39,266 nt of DNA from Intoshia linei (lineage: Eukaryota; Animalia; Orthonectida), in assembly GCA_001642005.1 (NCBI GenBank), contig LWCA01000223.1:1-39266 (forward strand), written 5' to 3'. The translations under genes and the position numbers were made by a program. Of this stretch, positions 23,500 through 36,300 are shown piece by piece. Under the pieces are notes generated by a model that was not told the DNA's origin, searched no databases, and worked only from the letters and a program-made list of their open reading frames with translations. Within the stretch, counting starts at the first letter, position 1; each line of letters starts with the position of its first letter.

Positions 23500-24271
23500 C
23501 AAAATTAGGCTGAATATAAAAGAATATTATAATCCACCAAAATTACATCAAACAGGAATTAATTTTACTAACACAATCAAAAAACTTTCGAACTTAAGTA
23601 ATTATTTTCGTGATGATTATAAAGAATGTTGCATTTTATTCCTCTCAGTTTTAACAGGATGTAGTGTAAAATTGTTAAAGCCTGGTGCTGTATCTAAAGC
23701 TCGTTGGATGGCTAAATTGATTTATTCACTCAAGGCGTATATATTGAACATTGATAGATCGACTAAAATTTTTATCATTGAATGATTATTTTTAATTTTT
23801 TGTGCATACGGATACATCGTGTTTTGGTTAGAGGCTGCTGACGCTAAAAAAGCATCAATTAATGATAAAAAAATGATTGAGAATTGGTTATTTCTTATTG
23901 AAAAATCATTAAAGAAATTCAATAAACATAATCATTACATTTCAAAGGTAGGGTGCGCACCCGTCGTTAACGATGCCGCAGAGAAGGCATTAGTGAAATA
24001 AAATTAGAATTCTCTCAAAAACAGAAATCGAAATTCAGAAAATAGTATCCACCATTAATGTATATAAATAAATTGTTTATTATATAATTATTAATAAAAA
24101 TATATAAATAAAATTCCATTTTCAATAAAAATTGTATTTTTTATTTTGTTGACCTCACATTCCTTATTTAATATTTTTTGAAAATTTTTGCAGTATGATT
24201 ATTTAATTCTAAAAATACATGCATTTATTATGGAGGGTTCAACAAATTTTTAAAAAAATGTGACACCCTAA
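23500..24271 (+). mobile_element. hATm-like transposase remnant with right terminus
   Basis: Translation includes RDDYKECCILFLSVL...KPGAVSKARWMAKLIYSLK, then FWLEAADAKKASIND and VVNDAAEKALVK, with stops. The TIR TGTGACACCCTAA is at 24259-24271. The subfamily assignment rests on motif recall only. Confidence 0.6.
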
Positions 24272-24576
24272 TGTCCTCGTTTTAGGGTTTCCTAATTTTG
24301 AACAAAGAAAATAAAAGCATATTTTAAAGCACAGTGGAGCCTCACTATTCACCAATTCCATTATTCGCACATAAACTGAGTGTTAACTCATAGTTCTCCA
24401 TGTTCTGCGTTAGTCATAATAATATACATACATTAATATATACAGTAATCTCTTTTGCATATTAGCCAATTTTCATAAATACCAAATATACTCATTAGAC
24501 TCTAATCATTGTAGCAGTGCTTTCTAAGACGTTTGACTTGTCGACACAAATTTCAATCAAAATAATATTACATTTA

Positions 24577-26059
24577 CACCTTGTGTTAATTTATTAGGCA
24601 AATGTAAAAAATTAAAAAAAATTTCTTCTAAAGAGTGGACTAAATTCTTAAATTTTTTTTGGAAAGTGTGCACAATAGTTTACGACAATATTTAAAATGC
24701 AAACAAAAAAAATCTAATACAATTAAAATAATTGAATATATATAAATATTAGTACAAGTGTGTCAAAATATTAGGCAAATGTAATGAACATAAATGAATG
24801 AAGTGGAATTTATCATTAAAAATTAGATCTAATATTTAATATAGTTGCCATGAACTTGTAACACCTTAATGAGCCTAACATCGACAGAATCGGTCATCTC
24901 TTGACTCTTGACACGTTCTGGTATAATTGATTTAGACACTTCTTTAATAGCATTCCAATGGTCATCAAGGGAGTTATACTGAGTCCCAGCCGAATATAAT
25001 TTTCTAAATGATTAATATGAATAATTATTAAAGTAATTTTATATTGGGTTTAAATCGGGACTGTTAGGGGGCCAATTCATCAATTTTTCTCCGCTAAGGC
25101 AATTTTCTGAAAGAAATGTAGTAAATAACGATGCATGTAAAAATGAATTGTCATGCATAAATATGCACTTATTTCTAAAAATTTCGGTCTTCGATGTAAC
25201 TAAACATAAAAATTAAAACATGCTAAAATAATAAGTATTACAATTTAGAATTCATTTTCACGCCACTGGGAACACGAAATGGTCTTAATACTTCATTTCC
25301 AATGATTCCTGCCCAAAACATAACACCTCCACCACTTGTTGGCGACGCATCCTTGAAGGTGTTTCAGCAGTATTCAGTACCAAACCTCTTAACCATCCAT
25401 CCGGTCTAATGTTTCACGACACTCGTCAGTGAACAACACTGTTTCAAAATTTGTTTTTAAGTAAGTTGTTGCCCACTTTATACGTTTTTCCTTATATATA
25501 GGTTTTAAAATCGGTCTTTTAAGAGCTTTTTTCACCGAAGCTATAGATTTTAGATCTCTAAATCGAGTATTTCTAGACATATTTCCTATATTACAGGCTG
25601 AAAATATGTTTGCACTTGTGGAAAGTGGTGTCGATGATACTTCTCTCCTTAATAATGATAATTCTCGAGGTGTTACGATTTTGTTACGATTTTACGTTTA
25701 TTTTGGATAGATCATTAATCCATTTCTTTATAGTGCGAGTATCGCGCTTTAAACACTTGGAAATTTGAAAAGTTGTCTTCCCTCTTGCTAATAAAGCCGT
25801 TATTTGGCTTTTTTCGTCCATTTTTAAATCGTTTTTTTGTCCCATTATAAATTTGCTTAATAATTTGACACACTAAATTATGCAAGAAAACGATAATAAG
25901 TAGATAAAAAGTTTTTTTGCATATTAACTATTTATTTTTTAATGAATAATATTAGCATCTGTTACAAGTCACCGAATTACAAAAAAAAATAACTATTTTG
26001 GCTAGATCTTGAGTGTATTACATAACTTTATATGATTTGCTTAAAAATTTGACAGTGTG
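24577..26059 (-). mobile_element. Full-length but inactivated Tc1-family transposon, TRT/DD37E-like
   Basis: ATG at 25845 gives MGQKNDLKMDEKSQI. Further motifs: TVLFTDECRETLD, GGVMFWAGIIG and FMHDN...LMNWPPNSPDLNPI* (catalytic E mutated to stop; 36 residues between D and E in this copy). IR/DR repeats TGTCAAA.TATTAGGCAAA occur at both ends, with TA flanks at 24575-6 and 26060-1. Confidence 0.9.
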
Positions 26060-27008
26060 TATAATGAAAAAATTTTATTTTTTCGATAACTTGTTATGAA
26101 TCGTTTCTTTTCAAATAAAAATAATCACATAAAATTGAAATTTTATGTAATAAATCCTTGTCCCCACGATGAGATTCAAGTTTTATGAAAAAAAATTTAA
26201 TTTTAGCCATCAAATTAATTTTAATGTAATATAATTTATAAATTCTTGTTGATTAAAGATTATTTTTAATTCAAGTTTAAAATATACATAAAATACTATT
26301 AAAGGACTATCGACAAGTAGTTCTAGATTGTTTTAAACCTCTCAATTTCCTTTCAGATTAGAGAACAAATTAGTTTTAACTTTGAACTTTAAAATACAGT
26401 AATGTAATAGATCCATAGTGAATTAAACACTATAAAAATTATAAAGTAGTAGTTATTCATTATTTTAAATTGTTACAGAATTGTAATAATTAAAATTAGT
26501 TCAAATTTACTAATGTAAATGGATTAAACTAATAAATGCACTAAGTCGATAAAAGTTAAATTATTTTAAATTATAAAGGGAAAAGTTATTTGAGAATCGA
26601 AATTATCGGAATGCGAACGTGCAATCCATTTATTGTAAAATTAAACATATTGATTAGAACGTCAATTAAAATAGATGAATGGATATACTTTTCTCAATTA
26701 TATGAAAAATTAGTGTTGAAACATTACTAAAATCAAAAAATCAAACTATTTACTAGCGCATGTGATATATTTGTCAATACATGTGCACATGTACTTAAAA
26801 TTACTTTGAAATCTCCAATATATCAAAATCGTGAAAATATTTCAAGTGTCAAATTTTACTTTAAAATAAATCGATATTAATAAACGCGTTGATATAATTA
26901 AGATTAAACGTTAATATTGATATAAATTTAACATAAATAAATGTGTATACTGTAACGTGGTGTAGAACTAAAAAGTGAATTCAACCAAAATATACTAAAT
27001 TGAGTTGA

Positions 27009-30000
27009 ATGGAGGCTAGAACAGGACGGTGCAAGTTAATTAGACTTAGTATGACAGTTTTCGGGATAGAACTCTGTTATGCAGCTGAAACAGCTTTCAT
27101 CATGCCTATTGTCCAAGAATACGGTTACAAAATGATAAATATGACATGGATCTGGTGTATTTCATCATTGTTAGGTATAAACATTTTTATTTACGCTGTA
27201 TTGATTATAGGATTTATATTAACTCCTCTCTTGGGGCCGATTAGCGATAAATGTAAATTTAAATTTGGACGAAGAAGACCGTTTATTTTACTATTTAGCA
27301 TTATTATTATAATGGGAATAATATTATTATTAAGTGTTCCCAAATTTGATACACATAGTCCTCTTAAATACACTAACAACACTCTAAATTTAAAAACGTT
27401 TTCTGAAACTACAATAGCGAAAAAACTACCGAACCATAAATCAAACTTAATAGTTCTGCTGTTTTTAATTTTTGGTCTCGTGTTGACCGATTTCGGATGC
27501 GATGCATGCCAAACACCCAGTCGAACGTACATGTTGGAAATTTTACCATCGCAAGAACATCATCGTGGGTTAAGTTATTTTACATTGATGGCAGGGCTAG
27601 GAGGAACAATAGGCTATGCTATGCAATCGATCGATTGGCAATCAATGGTTAGTTATCATAGTTCCGATGTACTCAGTCATTCCCACATTACCTTCTACGT
27701 TGCTTTGGTGTGTTACATATTGTGTGTACTTTTATCCATTTCTACCCAAAAAGAAAAAACTTTGCAAGAAATTATCAATACATCAAACAGCAATCCTGAT
27801 AATTATGAATCGATCATCAACGATGACCTTGGTGAAACTAACCAAACTAAATTCACAAATTTCAATTTTAAAAATTTGTATGCTTCAATTGTGAATATGC
27901 CAAAATCAATGTACATCTTATGTCTAACAAACTACTTTAGTTGGATTTCTCTAGTTTGTTACTCTCTATATTTTACTTCATTTGTTGGAACAGTCATATA
28001 CAAAGGTAAAATTGATCAATAGTTATTTTTAATCGTTTATATTAGGAAATCCCACTGCCGCAGCTTTAAATCCAAATAGAATTCTTTATGATAATGGTGT
28101 ACGATTCGGTTCTTTTTCCATGTCATTTTACACATTGTCATCCTGTATTTATTCATGTGTAATTGAAAAACTCATCTGTAGATTTAGTAATTATTTCATT
28201 TTTACACGCCTAGAGTATCATCAATACATTTATTTTAATCAATTTATTTAGAACAATAACCCCGTATTAATATTATATTTTAGCTTTAAAACAAATTTAC
28301 TTTTTTGGGCATTTTATCTACTCAATTGGAAGCATGATCATGTTTATTCTACCATATAAATATGTTACTATAATATTAAGTCCAACTGTTGGCATCATGT
28401 ACGCTACCCTTTTCACAATACCTTATAGACTAGTTGCCATTTATCACGAAAAAAATGTGGTAATTTTAAATTAAACGAAGCCACACTATTCGCCTAAATC
28501 GGGAATTCAAAATTTTCGCGAATATAGTCTAGTTTTTAATAACCTGTTAACCAATTTAGTCTATCATCCACTTATATATAATTGTAATTTATATAATCGT
28601 ATATTTAAAACAGGGATGCCCAACATGTCGATCGCCAAAATTAAAAAATTACAATTAATTTTTTATTTTAATAATACTCCTTATTAAAATGATATCTATT
28701 TTAATATTGATATATATAATTTATTTTTAATATTGTTAAAATGTATACATTTCTATAAATGGGATGTAACTTATTTAAATCGTTATCTAATAAATAAATG
28801 AGTCTACTATTTTTAAAATTAGGTTGTGCCGATAATTTTATAATATACAGCGAAAGTGCTTGGAATTATTCCGAATTTTAATTTTTATGTTTTCTACGAT
28901 CACTGAAAATATTTAGTTAAACATTTTTTATAGGATTCCGCAAGGCGATTTGTTTGAAATAGTTTCCGATCAGAAACATTTTTCTAGTCAATGTATTGGT
29001 CGAACGCCACTCATTGAAAAATTCTGAATGATTTAAAACATTAACAGTCATAGAATTTAAAAAAACCAATTTCTAATACAGTTTTTCCAGGACGTGTTTT
29101 TATCTATTTTTAAGTTTCAGAATTTGAGTCCTTCAGGGTCAAAAACCCAATTTCCCTTTTTGTTTAAAAATAAAATCAACCCAAAAATTTAATAAAACAT
29201 ACATTCTGAGACGCGTTGTAAAATCATTAACATGTCAATGTTTTAAATAAAGGGTAACACATACACACAGACATTCAATTTTATATAAGTAAAGGATAGT
29301 AATATAAAATGTTCAAAAGTTAGAATTGTTATAGTAAAGTACGAAAAGTGAGAAGTTAAGAATAATTAGTACACACAGACAGAATACAGTAAACGCTGTT
29401 TATAAGAACAGTTTTTTAGTTTTTTTGTAGAGTATTTTAACATTAGTTTAGTCAAAAAAAAACACAAAAAATTTGAATCTAACAAAGTGACACCTTCAAG
29501 GTCAAAAAATCACTTCAGTATTCATTTTTATATATTTGACTAGGTTGACTGTTATGTACTACGTACAAACAGGACCTAGCTCTGCCGAGGGCAAATTTTT
29601 ATTATACTTAAAAAATAAATTCACGTTGAAAATCTAATTTAAAAATCCTACTATTCACTATTATCAATCCTTTAAAGGAGTGGTTCCCAAATTTGTTTCA
29701 GGTGGAACCATCATATCACATTACTTTTTACTTTAAAGTGAATTATTCTATCTTAATTTTTTCTTTGTTAACATTTGCGTAAAGAATCTTAAAAGCAATT
29801 GTTATCCCATTTTTTTAATTTATTAGACAGAATGTGGGTATAATATTAAAAATAAAGTAAAAACGGTCCAATTCTAAAAATTGTCATAAATAGCATAAAT
29901 TTCATAAAAAAATAAAATTATAAAAACCTATTTTGTCATTTTCAATGTGATGATATATATTCAATACCAATTTAATAAATACCTAAAAATACTAATTATG

Positions 30001-32512
30001 TATCAATAATTAACCCAATCTTTCATTTCCGTCGAATTTAACCAATATTGCAAAGGATTGTAATAAATATAAAAATGATATTAACAAAGTTTGTATTACT
30101 TTTTGATCATTTGACTTTACAAATTTTGGACAATTTTTACATTGACGTTTAAAGCATTCTGAATTTAAATCGGTGTTACATAAAAAAAAAGTACCAGTCA
30201 GTAGACCATTTTAATGCATTTAATTTGTATTTAAAGTTTTCATGAATCATGCACTTGCACTGATCCCTTGGACAATTATTCATGAAAAAGACGTTATCAG
30301 GACGCAATTTACAGAAATTACTAAAACCAATACTTTTTTCATCTTTACAAAATATAGTATGTGCTTCTCTAAGATAATACATTAAGTACATCCGAGGCAT
30401 CACTTTCTTAATACCACATTTTATAATAGTCTTTTTTTGGTTCGGTGATATTCATGAAATTTCCGGATTTTGAAAAAACATTATTACCTTATTCTTCATT
30501 ATTAGTTCAGTTTCAACTATTTTCACAATATTTGAATCAAACTTTTCCTTAAAAACTTCATTCATTATCATGGACAAATTACTTTCGTTTTTAGGGAGTG
30601 CTTTAATCAACCTTGACTTTGCTTTACCTAAAGTTTGTATTGACATATAAGGTGTTGGATTAATTAATTTATTTTTTTGTTTTGACCGGAATTTTAGTAC
30701 TCTCAATTTTGTCTGTTGTTCACTTTTTCGTATTTTTTTCCACCTATAAAAATATACTATTTATAGTAATTATATAATTATTACAGCATGGGAAAATTAT
30801 TATAAATTTTTAACACTGGTACATTACTATTTAAAACACGTCTGATCAACATCATAATTATTTTTAAGGATAATTATCCTTAATGCGACCTTTTTAAAGT
30901 GTGCCTTATATACTACATAATTTTATCATATTGAAGTACTGACATTTTGATCAATGTGATAATATATTATTTATTTGTTATTTATTATTATGAGTTCCCA
31001 ATAATTCCTCCTTGGGGAACCTCGACATTCTTTCGAAATTAAAGAATTCTTTTTATGAGCATAGAGAATATTAAGTTTGGTGTTAATTATTATTAGTTAA
31101 AACTTAATTGAATGTACAATAATGTATAATAGTTTTTCAATTAGTAAATAAAACAATAATAATTATATACCTTCTTCTATAATTTTTTTCATTTCTCTGT
31201 CATTTTTCTCGACTTCATCGTTATTCTTTGTCTTTTTCGCGCAATTGGGATAATTTTCAGGTGTATTGGTCATTGTTATATCATTTGATTGATTCATTTA
31301 ATTAATTTCAATTTAAATTTACTGGCGTTACAGTATTTAAAAATCTCAGAATGACATCTTAACGATGCTTATTTCTAAATTCATTTTCAAATAAGATGCA
31401 TATGTAACTATTTCACATCACATTAAAATTTCAGAGTTTTATTGAGAATGTGTAAATATTTATTTTAAAATAACTATAATTGGAAGTTTTGGCGTTACAA
31501 AATTTTTTTGATTTTGATTTTATCAATTATCTCAGCTTATTTTTTAATTAAAATTAATTATTTACATGTATATGATAAGAAATTATTTTATCAACGTAAC
31601 AAACCGAGATTGGTCTATTTTTATTCTATACAAAACTAGATATATCGATTTATATTTATTTTAATATTCTGTAAAAACAAATTTTTATTTAACATACATC
31701 AAAACATCTATAAATAGTGTTTAAATATAATTTTTTGGCAGGTATTTTATAATTATTGTAAAATATAGGATTTATGCTCAACATTAAACCAAAAAAATAA
31801 ATCTAATTTATCATTTTAATTTTTGCTATTTTGATATTTAGTGTAGAGAATGGGCCATAACTAAAATTTAATTGAATTTTTGTAGTTCAGAAAAATGAAG
31901 TCCGTTAATCAGAAATTTTTTTTATTAACGAGGAATTTTTTTAAATAAGGATTAGCCTGCAATAACAAGTGTAACTTTGTTAGTAAACTTTTTAGATTTA
32001 TTTAAATAATTTCATTTAAAATAAAACTGTAAAATAAGCTATTTAGTATTGAAAATTTTTATCTACATACTAAAATAGTGTAGATCGTTTTTGGAGTGTC
32101 ATACATGCCCACTGGTCAATTCCCAGTCTAAGTATTGGAAAAACAATTTGCAATGTTTTTTTGAATTAACATTCATATAAAATTTGAATTTTTATAATTA
32201 ATATATATTTATGAAATAGTTTGAATATACATACTTGGACGATAATTACCAAATATTGGAATCAAATCATCGTCCAAAATGCCGAGGATTTGGTACAGAC
32301 ATGGCTCTGGTTTCCGCAATGTTGTTCATGGCTCAACTGACAATATCAGCAATTGTAATAAATTACCATCTAATATTTACATTTACGCTTGATTTAAATT
32401 TTAGATGGGACCAACAATTAAATTATTCAATTCCTATCGCATTATAATGGTGATCGCTACCTGTGCTAGTTTAATTGGGTCAATATTATCAACTAAAGTG
32501 TTATATATTTAA
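27009..32512 (+). CDS. SLC45A: SLC45-family proton-associated sugar transporter (MFS, sucrose-transporter-like)
   Basis: Exons 27009-27174, 27211-28005, 28046-28187, 28284-28459, 32220-32354 and 32405-32512. Motifs: FGIELCYAAETAFIMP, SDKCKFKFGRRRPFI, DFGCDACQTPSRTY, SLYFTSFVG..IYKGNP, YDNGVRFG, YATLFTIPY and RGFGTDMA. Confidence 0.92.
29040..29297 (-). repeat. Helitron-like family fragment in the long SLC45 intron
   Basis: Module shared with ~12940-13100, followed by the terminus ACACATACACACAGACATTCAATTTTATATAAGTAAAGGAT. Confidence 0.6.
29539..29725 (-). mobile_element. Helitron-like 3' end (hairpin plus CTAG)
   Basis: CTAG at 29540-29543 is followed by T on the minus strand. The hairpin CTGTT(A)TGTAC-TAC-GTACAAACAG lies at 29549-29572, and homologous copies occur elsewhere in the window. 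Confidence 0.6.
30125..30745 (-). pseudogene. Decayed DNA-transposon protein N-terminal region (possibly Sola2-like) nested in the SLC45 intron
   Basis: The two minus ORFs join across a stop: QTLGKAKSRLIKALP...VIMFFQNPEIS*ISPNQK...LREAHTIF...IGFSNFCKLRP...CKCMIHENF...ECFKRQCKNCP. The superfamily call is tentative because no catalytic domain is present. Confidence 0.55.
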
Positions 32513-32515
32513 TTT

Positions 32516-33126
32516 TTAAAATACATCCTTGTACACAATATCTTTTTTATCAAATTTTTGATTTTTTGCCATATTCCGTAAAGGCCAATTTTCATCACGT
32601 GAAGTGAATTTGTTATACTTATTGTCAGGAATTATTGTTTTATAAACAGGTTCAGACAAAAATCGCTGTTTATGAGAAGATTTATTTGGAGATAACCTTC
32701 CAGTATGTATTCGCGAGTGTCTTGAACCATCAATAATCTTTTCATTGTGGTAAATAACAGATGTTTTACTGGGAAGACGCGCAATTTCGTGATAATTATG
32801 ATTCAATGAATATCTACTACCAGACATTCCAACTACAGAAACACTTGTATTTCTACTTTTCCTGCTAGGATATCCAACTAATCCCAAATTATCAGGTCTA
32901 TAAGTAGTGTAAATGGGCTGGGACGTTTCATAAACATCAACAGCTTTTCTAAATAATATTCATACTAATAAAATATGACTTACAGTTTATTTTCAATTAT
33001 AACCTTTCGAATCAGGAGGATAAAAGAAAATACCATACAAAAAGAACCAATGACGAAACAGGTGTAGACAGCTATATTATCATTATTTGATTTTAAAAAA
33101 AAATTACCTCCAACCCTAACGTCCAT
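32516..33126 (-). CDS. Orphan single-pass membrane protein (~179 aa) with a Ser/Arg/Tyr-rich cytoplasmic tail
   Basis: Exons 33126-33108, 33071-32984 and 32948-32516 join in frame over 36- and 35-nt GT-AG introns: MDVRVGAVYTCFVIGSFCMVFSFILLIRKVIIENKLKAVDVYETSQPIY...DIVYKDVF*. The 5' end is uncertain, with alternative starts near 33196 or 33299. Confidence 0.7.
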
Positions 33127-33341
33127 AATTATATATAATTTTTAGTCGTACTGTAATCTACCAACTTTTATTGTTTTTTAATGAATATGTATCCATCTGT
33201 GCAACGAAAATACAATACAACAAACAGCTAAAATAAATTTTTTACAGTTGAATGGATATTTAATGCTAAAATTAGTCTAAAAATCTGGTTACAGCACATT
33301 GAGAAATTTTTAAAATTTAATAGACATTTCAATATAATTGA

Positions 33342-36300
33342 TTAAAATTGTTTTTTGTATTCATCTATACTTATCGATCCGGCACCGATTGTCGTAATGT
33401 ATAAAAGTCCACCAATAACTGAAAGTGTTTGAAAAAAATCATATTTTGCATAATCGTCAATAAACGAATCGCTAGTTATACTCCAAAAGTGGTTGGTGAT
33501 GAAATTGTATAAAGTGAGCCAAACACTTAGAATTAATGATGCCGCTTTCGTGCGATATCCAATGATTATACAGGGTAGCAGGATGATACCAAATAATATC
33601 AAGAGTAAATTAGTGATTGTTCCATTCAATTGAATGAGGGTTAAATACATAAATGTACAGACGATACGTCCAAACAGGTTCATAAATGACGATGTACGGT
33701 TTACTTTTACGTTACTGAGCATCCCTGTAAATTTCGTTTTTTCCTTTTCAATGCTAGCTCGCCATTCTGACACACTTAATGTTAAACCTCCAATCAACGA
33801 CAAAAATCTAAATATAAATTATTTTTTAAATAGTTACATATCTTTGTCAGATAAAATTGAAAATTAAATTTTTTCAAGGTTAACCACCTTTTATAATTAT
33901 AAATTATAACCTTTTAGCAAGTGAAATACTAATTATTCATTTAAAACAATTAAAAATCTGTACATTCTTACTCATATAATGTAACTAGTTTGATTTTTAA
34001 AAAGAAGGATAATTGGGCTTTTTGAACTGTAAGATGTGAGTTTGGGAGGTTAAAATGTATCTTACTTTCAGCCACGATAAAAACTGTAATAGAAATGTGG
34101 GCTTTATAAAATTCTAAGACTGGTAGTTATTGAAATAAACGGTAACACACACACAAACAAATATTACATAGAATTTTATATATGTAAGGATTTAGTTAAA
34201 AATGGATGTCTATTTATTTATTTATTGGTTCCAGCTTATCTAAGAAAGTGAGAGGAGTAGAGTTTTAAAAATGGCACATTTCCATAATAGTTTTTCGAGA
34301 GCCAGTTTCAATTCAAACCAGTCCTAGAATTATAAAAAATAGACAATCTGACAAAAATTTTAAAATCATCAACATCATGATAATTTTCAATTTCAAACTC
34401 TTATATCTTTACAGTTATATTTTACCAATATTGCAAAAAATTGTAATAAATATAAAAATAATATTAACCAAGTTGTACGAATTTTAGTTTCGTTGTAATT
34501 TTTATTTAAATTTTATTCAAAATGTTTTGATAATGAGAATTTGAAATTTAGAAATTGCGTAGCAATGAAAAAAATCCGAAAAAATGAATTATATAGATTT
34601 TCAGCCATATTTCTTTATTGGAAATGTGTAGACATTCAATGCACATTTTTTTTGAAATTGTAGGATCAATATTTACATTTTCAATTTTTGATTTTTAATT
34701 GATTTATTTGAAAAATATTGGTTGAATATATTAAAAGTATTTTTGATCAGGAATGCGTAGATTTCTCGGGTTGAACTTTTGTAACTATATCATCTGGAAT
34801 AAGCTCTATCTGAATAATCTTTTTTTTTAATTTTCGAACCGTGAATTATTTCGAAAATAAAAATATGAAAACTAAAATGCTTTTTTGACCGTGAAGTCGT
34901 TACTTATTCGGATTGAATTTTTCTGTGTGTGTTAACAAGATACAACTATACAACCTGTAAATTTTTTAAAATTATAGGGCTGTTTTCATTAAAAAAAGAA
35001 GAGTAATTTGTGCTTTTGGCCCTGAAGATATAATTTTTTAAAATTCTTTAACTCGTTTGATTTTGTAAAAGAGGGACAATTGGGGTTTTTGACAATCAAA
35101 AACAAACAACAAAACAACAACAAACAAAAATCACATAGCATGTTATATAAGTTACGATAATTTCTAAAATAGTTTTTAAAATTATAAGCATTATCATAAA
35201 TGGCAACCTCAAAAAAGTTTATTTTCACGATCAAAACCACAGATTACCCTTTTTTTAATATGAAAACAGCCCTAGAATTTAAAAAAAAACAGATGATAGA
35301 TTTATATCCAGTTAATTTTAAATTTAAATTTAAAAATTTTAATAAATTGCTATTTTATAATTTTATTCCTGCGGTTTTTTTCATTACTACGCAATTTTTC
35401 ATTTTCAAAAAGTTTAAAACCACTTTGTATTAAATTCTCACGGGATATTTAGGTTTTTGATATTCAAGATACAATTTTTAGATAATAAAATTAATGAAAC
35501 TGCATCAGTCTCAATATACTAAATTGAATTTTTTTTCACCAAAGATTTCATTGTGTAAATTTCAGAGATTGAAATTTATTTCATTTGAAGCGTTAAAAAA
35601 ATCCTACAAAAAATTATCGTTTTATAATGTTGTAAAATTTTTCTAAAATAGTTACCGACAGACAGATTTTTTAATATTTTATTGTAACTTATCGATAATT
35701 CCCAAATATCCGATTATAGTAATCATGAATAATAATTATTCATGTTATTCAAAACATTTTTTTCAAATTTTACAATAATCAGGCATGTTCAAAAAGGCAA
35801 TTTCTACAAACGAAATATTTTGTCTAGGAGTAACAATATTCACAATTGTTATATTTTTTTACAGCAATTAAATATAATGACAGCTCATCACCAAAATCTC
35901 AAATAATGAAACTGATTCATTTTGTACAAGGCGTCATACTATAAAAAAAAACTAAAATTTATTTTAGTTTTCATATAATCATATATTAATTAAACATAAT
36001 CTGACTATATTTGATATTTCGCGGATACATATTATGTATATTTGATTGAATGTAATCGTCTCAACCAGATGTATTTATAAATTATTGATTTTATTTATAT
36101 GTTGACTACTTTTTTGTTGAATAATGTGTCTTTAAAGACTTTTAAATTATTTCTTAAATATTTATTTACAGTGCCAAAAGATGACATAATTTCATTTCAC
36201 GAAAATATATTATTGACATATCTATTTCTATTTTTTATTTTAATTATATTAATAAATTCAACCGCTAAAATAATTTAAAAATATTATTAGAAATATTATT

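Noticed and set aside
34989-35433. ORFs in the SURF4 intron (and 37822-38064)
   Set aside because: They lie in repeat-family or low-complexity AT DNA with no coding signature.
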